In this document: positions 58,052 through 64,000 of the stretch, piece after piece
Numbering within the stretch: the first letter of the stretch is position 1
Layout: every line of letters begins with the position of its first letter
NCBI GenBank assembly: GCA_004375895.1
Contig: SOJW01000069.1
Coordinates: forward strand, 2,114-66,113
Source of the DNA: Candidatus Stahliibacteriota bacterium
GTDB lineage: Bacteria > Hydrothermota > Tepidihabitantia > B3-TA06
Direction: 5' to 3'
DNA: 64,000 nucleotides
Position numbers and translations under genes: made by a program
Notes under the pieces: generated by a model
The model's input: the letters and a program-made list of their open reading frames with translations, nothing else
What the model was told of the DNA's origin: nothing
Database searches by the model: none

Positions 58052-58665
58052 TCTCGCCTCTCTGGGACACGGTGATACTGGCAGCGGTCGGGTTCCTGTC
58101 AGGCTCCATACCCTTCGGTTATCTCGCTGCCTCTGCCAGGGGTGTGGACATCCGCAAGGTAGGCTCGGGCAACATAGGCGCGACCAATGCGATAAGGGCG
58201 CTGGGAACGGGCTGGGGTATAGGGGTAGGGCTGCTGGACGCGATCAAGGGAGCGGTGCCTGCCTACCTTGCTTTGCAGTTCTCACCCTTGCCTGGTATAG
58301 TAGGTGCGGCCGCTGTTTTAGGCCACATCTTCTCACCCTGGCTGCGGTTCAAGGGCGGCAAGGGTGTCGTAACCACTTTTGCCGTATTCCTTGTACTTAC
58401 CCCTTTCCCTGCGCTTACGGCAGTAGGGGTCTGGATACTTCTCTTTCTTACCACCGGCTACGTTTCGGTTGCTTCCGTACTCTCGCTCACCGCGCTGCCC
58501 GCACTTATCTTCCTCTTGGGAAGACTGAACCCTGAGATCTCGATAATCGCCGCTGCAGCCGGCTGCGCTCTTCTGGTGGCGTGGGCGCACCGTGGCAATA
58601 TGTTCCGGATTGCCGCAGGCAAAGAACCTAAAGCAAGATTGTGGAAAAAGCTGTGGAAAAGATGA
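58048..58665 (+). CDS. plsY: Glycerol-3-phosphate acyltransferase PlsY
   Basis: GSIPFG, GSGNIGATN, FKGGKGV, HRGN. Confidence 0.97.
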   Translation: MISPLWDTVILAAVGFLSGSIPFGYLAASARGVDIRKVGSGNIGATNAIRALGTGWGIGVGLLDAIKGAVPAYLALQFSPLPGIVGAAAVLGHIFSPWLRFKGGKGVVTTFAVFLVLTPFPALTAVGVWILLFLTTGYVSVASVLSLTALPALIFLLGRLNPEISIIAAAAGCALLVAWAHRGNMFRIAAGKEPKARLWKKLWKR

Positions 58666-59654
58666 GGGTAAGTTTCCTTGGTGCAGGTGCCTGGGGCTCG
58701 ACCATGGGGATCATGCTCTCACGTGAGGGGCACGATGTGAGGTTGTGGGAGATTGATGCCGCCCGGGTAAAGAAGCTGAAACACAAGCGCAGGCTTCCAG
58801 GTATTCTGCCTGGTGTAAGGATACCCAGCCAACTACACTATGCCTCGGATATAGAAGAGGCACTGGCTGGAGCCGATCTTCTGGCCCTTGCGGTGCCCTG
58901 CCAGGCGCTGAGGGCCACCCTGAGGAGGCTGCCCAGAGGATATGAACCGCCGAGGATGGTGGTGAGTCTCATAAAGGGACTGGAGCGCAGGACTGGCTTT
59001 CGTCCCAGCCAGGTCTGGGCCGGGTTTTTCCCTCGCCGTCCGGCGACTGTGCTTTCCGGTCCCTCGATCGCCATCGAGGTGCTTAATGGGCACCCAACCG
59101 CGTTGGTTGCAGCTGGGGACGACAGGGAGGGGGTGAAGAGCGTGCAGAAGGTTTTCTCCATAAACAACCTGCGGGTGTACCGCTCGGACGATGCTGTGGG
59201 CGTTGAGTTGGGCGGAGCCTTAAAGAACGTTATCGCCATCGCCTGCGGTATCGCCGAAGGGCTGGGGACCGGAACCAATACCCGTGCCGCGCTTCTTTCA
59301 AGAGGGTTGGCTGAGATCACAAGATTGGGTGAGAGGTTAGGTGCCAACCCAAGGACGTTCGCTGGTCTTGCAGGCTGGGGTGATCTTATCACAACCGTTT
59401 GGAACCCTGCCTCGCGCAACCACCGCGTAGGTCTGGGGCTTGCCAGAGGCAAGAAGCTTGAGGCGATACTTGCCGAGATCGGGATGGTCGCCGAAGGGGT
59501 TGAAACCTGCCGGATTGCCAATAAACTAGGCAAGATGCACGAAGTCCAGATGCCCATAACCGAGGCCACCTACCGCGTGCTGGTCAGGAACGCGGACCCG
59601 CGCAAGGAGATTACGCGTCTTCTTTCACGGTCTTTAAAGGAGGAGGTATGGTAG
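58662..59654 (+). CDS. gpsA: NAD(P)H-dependent glycerol-3-phosphate dehydrogenase
   Basis: GAGAWG, SGPS, GGALKNVIA, GDL..T, SRN. Confidence 0.97.
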   Translation: MRVSFLGAGAWGSTMGIMLSREGHDVRLWEIDAARVKKLKHKRRLPGILPGVRIPSQLHYASDIEEALAGADLLALAVPCQALRATLRRLPRGYEPPRMVVSLIKGLERRTGFRPSQVWAGFFPRRPATVLSGPSIAIEVLNGHPTALVAAGDDREGVKSVQKVFSINNLRVYRSDDAVGVELGGALKNVIAIACGIAEGLGTGTNTRAALLSRGLAEITRLGERLGANPRTFAGLAGWGDLITTVWNPASRNHRVGLGLARGKKLEAILAEIGMVAEGVETCRIANKLGKMHEVQMPITEATYRVLVRNADPRKEITRLLSRSLKEEVW

Positions 59655-59989
59655 AAGAGCAATTCTACACAATTACTCAGGTCTCGCGCATGACAGGGAT
59701 CAAGCCGCACGTGCTGCGATACTGGGAGAAGGAGTTTCGCTGGCTGCGGCCACGAAAGAACTCGGCAGGACGCCGCATATACTCCGAGCATGACATCGAA
59801 CTCATAAGGCTGATTGAGAGGCTCCTGCACAAGGAAGGCTACTCTATAGCGGGCGCGCGCAGGCGGGTAGGGAAGCTTCTTGCGCTTTCTAACCAACTTC
59901 AACTGCCGCTCTCCGAGGTTCAAACCAATCCCTTGGAAAGGTTCAAGCAGGAACTTAAAGAGCTCCTTAAGATGCTGGAGCGCAAGTGA
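59648..59989 (+). CDS. MerR-family transcriptional regulator
   Basis: YTITQVS...HVLRYWEKEF...GRRIY. Confidence 0.92.
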   Translation: MVEEQFYTITQVSRMTGIKPHVLRYWEKEFRWLRPRKNSAGRRIYSEHDIELIRLIERLLHKEGYSIAGARRRVGKLLALSNQLQLPLSEVQTNPLERFKQELKELLKMLERK

Positions 59990-60507
59990 CGCCTGCGGAA
60001 ACCTCGTGGGGACCTCTGCTGCCCTGGGTTATAGACGGCATCGCAGCGCTATTGATCCTCGGCTCGGGCATCTCGGGTCTCATCAAGGGGGCGATACGCA
60101 TCCTTGGAGCGATTGCAGGCGTTGTGGCCGCCATAATCCTGGGCTGGCGCTTCACACCCGCGCTTGCTGAACTCCTGATCCCCAGGATAGGATCGGTCTT
60201 CTTCGGCAAGGTGCTGGCCTTCCTTGCAATCTTTATCGCGGTGATGATAGTTGCCGCGCTCGTTGTCTTCCTCTTGAACAAGCTCTTTGACGCCATCCTT
60301 CTGGGCTGGGTCAACAAGCTTCTGGGTTTCGTGATAGGACTCGTTATCGGGACGTTCATCGTTTGCGTTATCATCTGGGTCTCGCTTCAGCTTTACCCTG
60401 AGCTTGCAGACCTCTACACCCATACCCGGCTGGTCAGGCTGTTAGCCGCTATCCTCCTTGTGTTCGCCCCGGGCGCAAGGAGCCCCCCTGTTCCTCCACC
60501 TGCCTGA
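59986..60507 (+). CDS. cvpA: CvpA (colicin V production) family membrane protein
   Basis: ID...G..KG, four TM segments, NKLLG. Confidence 0.85.
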   Translation: MTPAETSWGPLLPWVIDGIAALLILGSGISGLIKGAIRILGAIAGVVAAIILGWRFTPALAELLIPRIGSVFFGKVLAFLAIFIAVMIVAALVVFLLNKLFDAILLGWVNKLLGFVIGLVIGTFIVCVIIWVSLQLYPELADLYTHTRLVRLLAAILLVFAPGARSPPVPPPA

Positions 60508-60641
60508 TCCCTGCTTCGATTATCTCTATCCCGGTAGTCTGCCCCACAAAGGTCTCTATGCTGTCAGTAACTTGTTCGGTATCAACCGGTGCAAAGGTAG
60601 CCTGCGCTCCGCCCGATGGCGTAACCGTTATTGTATCAGAG

Positions 60642-61916
60642 TCAGCGCACGCGGATGAGCTTTCTTGTAGCCGTATGGTTCCCTGCCTGCATCCTGATGA
60701 AGTAGACGCCAGGGGCCACAGCTCGACCGAGATCATCTCGACCATCCCAGGTTATAGCATAATAACCCGAGGCCTTGATACCAGAGCTCAGGGTCTTCAC
60801 TGGCCTACCCGAGACATCGTAGACCTTCAGGTTGACCAGGCCTGAATGGGCAAGCGAATAGTAAATATCGGTGGAAAGCTTGAAGGGGTTTGGAGCAGGC
60901 TCCTTCAGGTCTAACTTGAAACCCAAAGCTGGTAATTCGTCGATCCAGACGGTGCGATCGTATTTTATCGTCTGGAAGTCGTAGTCCGTCCCGTTGGAAG
61001 ACCAGCCCGTGACATAGAGATAGCCTTGCTCATCTACCGCCACACCGGTGGCATGATCGTCATTGCCTGAGTCGTAGGTCTTATCCCAGATGAGATTGCC
61101 ATCCTTGTCATAGCATATCGTCAGGAGACTAAAGGACGGCCCCCATCCTGTGACATAGACGAAGTTATCGTCAACCGCCACACCGAAGGCCAACTCGCTG
61201 AAGGCTCTCGAGCCGTAGACCTTGTTCCAAATGAGATCGCCATTCTTATCATAGCATATTGTCAGAAAATCCTTTTCCCCGCCGTTCCAAGATCTGCCTG
61301 TGACATAGACGAATCTATCGTCTACCGCCACACCCTGGGCCACATCCCTGATGCCTGAGTCATAGACCGTATTCCAGATGAGATTGCCATCCTTGTCGTA
61401 ACATATTGTCAGGTAGTCCTCATCCGTCCCGTTGAAATACCATCCCGTGACATAGACGAATTCACCATCTACTGCCACACCGTTGGCCCGATCGTCATTG
61501 CCTGAGTCGTAGACCTTGTTCCAGATGAGATCGCCATATCTCTTATCATAGCGTATCGTCAGGAAGTCGTAGCCCGACCAGATGGAAGAATAGCCCGTGA
61601 CATAAATGGATTCATCATCTACCGTCACACCTCTGGCCTGTTCACTTCCGGCGGATGTGCCGTAGGTCTTGTTCCAGATGCGATTGCCATCCTTATCATA
61701 GCATATCGTCAGGAAGTCCCAGTCCTCTTCGTTTTCGTTGAAAAAGGAGCCCGTGACATAGACGAAGTTATCATCTACCGCCACACCGTTGGCCATATCC
61801 TGGGCGCCTGAGTCGTAGACCTTGTTCCAGATGATAGCCGGACCGTCATAGGTATTGGCCCATATCAAGCCAAAAGCAAGAGCCAACCCGCACAACGCCT
61901 TCAATAAACCTTTCAT
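60642..61916 (-). CDS. Secreted SBBP-type beta-propeller repeat protein with FlgD/T9SS-type tail
   Basis: Six WNKVYDSG..GVAVD..YVTG..DFLTICYD repeats; APNPF...PGVYFIR. Confidence 0.9.
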   Translation of the reverse strand: MKGLLKALCGLALAFGLIWANTYDGPAIIWNKVYDSGAQDMANGVAVDDNFVYVTGSFFNENEEDWDFLTICYDKDGNRIWNKTYGTSAGSEQARGVTVDDESIYVTGYSSIWSGYDFLTIRYDKRYGDLIWNKVYDSGNDDRANGVAVDGEFVYVTGWYFNGTDEDYLTICYDKDGNLIWNTVYDSGIRDVAQGVAVDDRFVYVTGRSWNGGEKDFLTICYDKNGDLIWNKVYGSRAFSELAFGVAVDDNFVYVTGWGPSFSLLTICYDKDGNLIWDKTYDSGNDDHATGVAVDEQGYLYVTGWSSNGTDYDFQTIKYDRTVWIDELPALGFKLDLKEPAPNPFKLSTDIYYSLAHSGLVNLKVYDVSGRPVKTLSSGIKASGYYAITWDGRDDLGRAVAPGVYFIRMQAGNHTATRKLIRVR

Positions 61917-62142
61917 GTCATCCTCCTTTGCCCTTACGGGCTTTTCGTTCTACAAGATAATTTCTGATCCATTCCAAAAAGCTCTCCGAGGGTTTCATGT
62001 CATCCTCCTTAGTATGCTCCCTTCCGCTCACTCCAGCTTAGGGCTGAATACGTAGCTCCACGTCAAGTCAAGAGAATCATTACCTTTACCGCGCCGGTCC
62101 ATGGATTAAGTCGCAGATATCAACAAAAAGGCTCCGCCTGGC

Positions 62143-62724
62143 CTATCTCCTGAACAGACAGGAACGTTTGTGTTTCTGAGCCTGCGGTTGGACGATATCT
62201 GCCGAGACGACCGCGCCGGTGCTAAGGTTAACGAGGATTACCCCTCCCTTTGGCCTAAGTTCAAGGGACACCAGGCTCCCGGCATCTGCAAGACAGCGGT
62301 AGGGCTTGCCGCCGAACCCAAGCCTTTTAAGGATCTCATCCACACTGTAGTTGATTTGATCCTTATCCGCGTAGCGCAAACCAGTAATTAGATCCATCGA
62401 GCGAATCCCGGCGTCCAGCCTGGTGAACACGAACCGCAGGGAAGAGTAGGCAACAAGGGTGTCTCCTTTTCTCGCAATCGAGTCGCAGTGCAGAATCTCT
62501 TGCAGTGCGGCAGGGTTCCCTCTCCCCAGCCAGCGTTCCTGGATTACGCCCTCGACGAGGGCTAAAAGGCCCTCCTCTTCAAACTCAAGGCGCAGCCTTC
62601 GTTCATAGGTTGTGCTGTCTGCCCCCTTCGGCATGGGAATAAACCACACCTCGCGCCGCACCACCTCAAGATAAGGGTACTCATATGGAACGGTCTGGGC
62701 GATTAGAAGGAGAAGAAGTTCCAC
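62143..62724 (-). CDS. Hypothetical protein
   Basis: 193-aa ORF starting 5 nt after TTGACA-N17-TAGGAT. Confidence 0.7.
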   Translation of the reverse strand: MELLLLLIAQTVPYEYPYLEVVRREVWFIPMPKGADSTTYERRLRLEFEEEGLLALVEGVIQERWLGRGNPAALQEILHCDSIARKGDTLVAYSSLRFVFTRLDAGIRSMDLITGLRYADKDQINYSVDEILKRLGFGGKPYRCLADAGSLVSLELRPKGGVILVNLSTGAVVSADIVQPQAQKHKRSCLFRR

Positions 62725-63044
62725 GATTTATCCTACCCCTGCATTCCGGATTGTCAAGTACCATCCAGGAGTCGTGCCGGCTATAAGACCCCCAGGCAAA
62801 TGGGTAAACACAGATGTTTTTCGTATATAAGGCTAAATAAAATGTTAGTATATGTAATTACGAAATAGGGGCTTGACAAACGAAAAATCTGATGTAAACT
62901 TTACATCTAAACAAAGGCCTAGTCTGTAGGCCCAAGGGAGCGATGGGCTAAAAAGAAGTGCCAGGAAGCGCGTACTTGTAGCGAGGCACTTCTGTAAGTG
63001 TATGTTTGAAGGGAATAAACAAGCTAAACTCAGGAGGAATTATA

Positions 63045-64000
63045 ATGCGCAAAAAGCTTCCATTGGGTGCCCTGGTGGTGTTTGCGGTCCTTACCTCATC
63101 CCTTAATGCCCAACCAGCCAGCCTGCTCTCAGAAGGGTTCGAAGGACCCTTCCCCCCGGGTGGTTGGAGTACTTCCACCTCCATCGGTCAGAACCAGTGG
63201 TTCCGCAACGACTACTGGGGCCGTCCCAACTATACCCCGGGCGGTGACGGTTACTGTGCAGACAACGACGACGACGGTGCAGGCCCTGGCGCTGCCCGAG
63301 TAGGCAACAATATCCTGCAGTCGTCAATGTTTGATGCGAGTGGTTACAACATCATATGGCTCGCCTACGACGTGGACTGGTATCCAGTGGGTGAATATAT
63401 GATGGGCCAGGTGCAGGTCTACAACGGTTCGAGCTGGATTATGGTGATGGGCCACCCCCAGAGCCGCAAGACAACACGAGACAGCATCAACATCAGCACC
63501 CACGTAGCCGGAGTGACGAACGCCCGGGTGCGGTTCCTCTACAGCGAGTTCTCCGGCAATGTAAAATCGAACTGGTATGAGGTTGACGACGTGAACGTCT
63601 GGGGCTCAGACCCTCCCGAACCGCTTGACCTGGTGATGATTGAGATCATCCGTCCCAAATTCTGGGAAAAGGGTGGAATCCCCTTCCAACCGTCTTGCCG
63701 GATTTACAACAACCTCGACACTGCTGCCCATGGCACAGTAAGCTGCGAGATCACGAACCTTACAACTATGCAAGTCGTTTACCAGGACGCGCATACCTCT
63801 TATTCCCTTAATCCTGGTTACACCGTAGTGGGGTTCGCGGCCTTCACCCCTCTCAGGAATAATTACTACAACGCTCTCTTCGTGGTTGAGCACCCTGACG
63901 ACGTAGATCCAACCAATAACACCATGCAGAGAAACTTCTCCACTCACGAAACTGAATATGACGTAACACCCTATGAAATGCTCTTTCCGGAAACCCCTGA
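63045..64000 (+). CDS. Secreted protein, 3'-partial (MRKKLPLGALVV...LSEGFEG.FPP.GW)
   Basis: SD AGGAGG; signal peptide; frame open to the window end, so absent from the ORF track. Confidence 0.85.
   Translation, partial: MRKKLPLGALVVFAVLTSSLNAQPASLLSEGFEGPFPPGGWSTSTSIGQNQWFRNDYWGRPNYTPGGDGYCADNDDDGAGPGAARVGNNILQSSMFDASGYNIIWLAYDVDWYPVGEYMMGQVQVYNGSSWIMVMGHPQSRKTTRDSINISTHVAGVTNARVRFLYSEFSGNVKSNWYEVDDVNVWGSDPPEPLDLVMIEIIRPKFWEKGGIPFQPSCRIYNNLDTAAHGTVSCEITNLTTMQVVYQDAHTSYSLNPGYTVVGFAAFTPLRNNYYNALFVVEHPDDVDPTNNTMQRNFSTHETEYDVTPYEMLFPETP

Noticed and set aside
60960-61850. DNA tandem repeats as CRISPR or a DGR template/variable pair
   Set aside because: They are in-frame beta-propeller coding repeats; no reverse transcriptase in the window
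692-63947. Numerous antisense or alternate-frame ORFs in the track (e.g. 11876-12427, 24818-25474, 28093-28737, 38254-38844, 47987-48625, 58838-59569)
   Set aside because: They overlap well-supported genes and show no motifs; treated as shadow ORFs

Overview
Bacterial genomic window. Several secreted proteins end in FlgD/T9SS-type sorting tails, which suggests a WOR-3/TA06-like or FCB-related candidate lineage (inference). About 1-56.6 kb is a heavily recombined accessory/defence region, and 56.7-60.5 kb is core genome (der-plsY-gpsA-merR-cvpA). The left end is a phage/IME-like cluster with a tyrosine recombinase, a repeated GGAGGTTGACATG start motif and a hairpin-dense candidate ncRNA. Next come a CRISPR-repeat relic, a split mcrBC-like locus into which a Lamassu (ABC-3C) system is inserted, a fused type IIG R-M gene, a frameshifted GmrSD between type I R-M stubs, and a NitT/TauT ABC importer enclosing three orphan genes. 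Two systems stand out. The first (35.5-41.4 kb) is a PbeABCD-like PLD-helicase/SMC module coupled to a B12-type radical SAM enzyme, with no dndA/C genes in the window: a candidate new DNA-modification-based defence system. The second (41.9-50.1 kb) is an operon of SPT-like synthase, UbiA prenyltransferase, DAG/sphingosine kinase, ThiL-like kinase, acyl-CoA ligase, SDR and B12 radical SAM: a candidate new modified-sphingolipid pathway. Both are bounded by recurring att/arm-like repeats and tRNA fragments (tRNA-Cys 5' part, tRNA-Arg 3' part). All assignments come from motif reading by eye; no searches were run.
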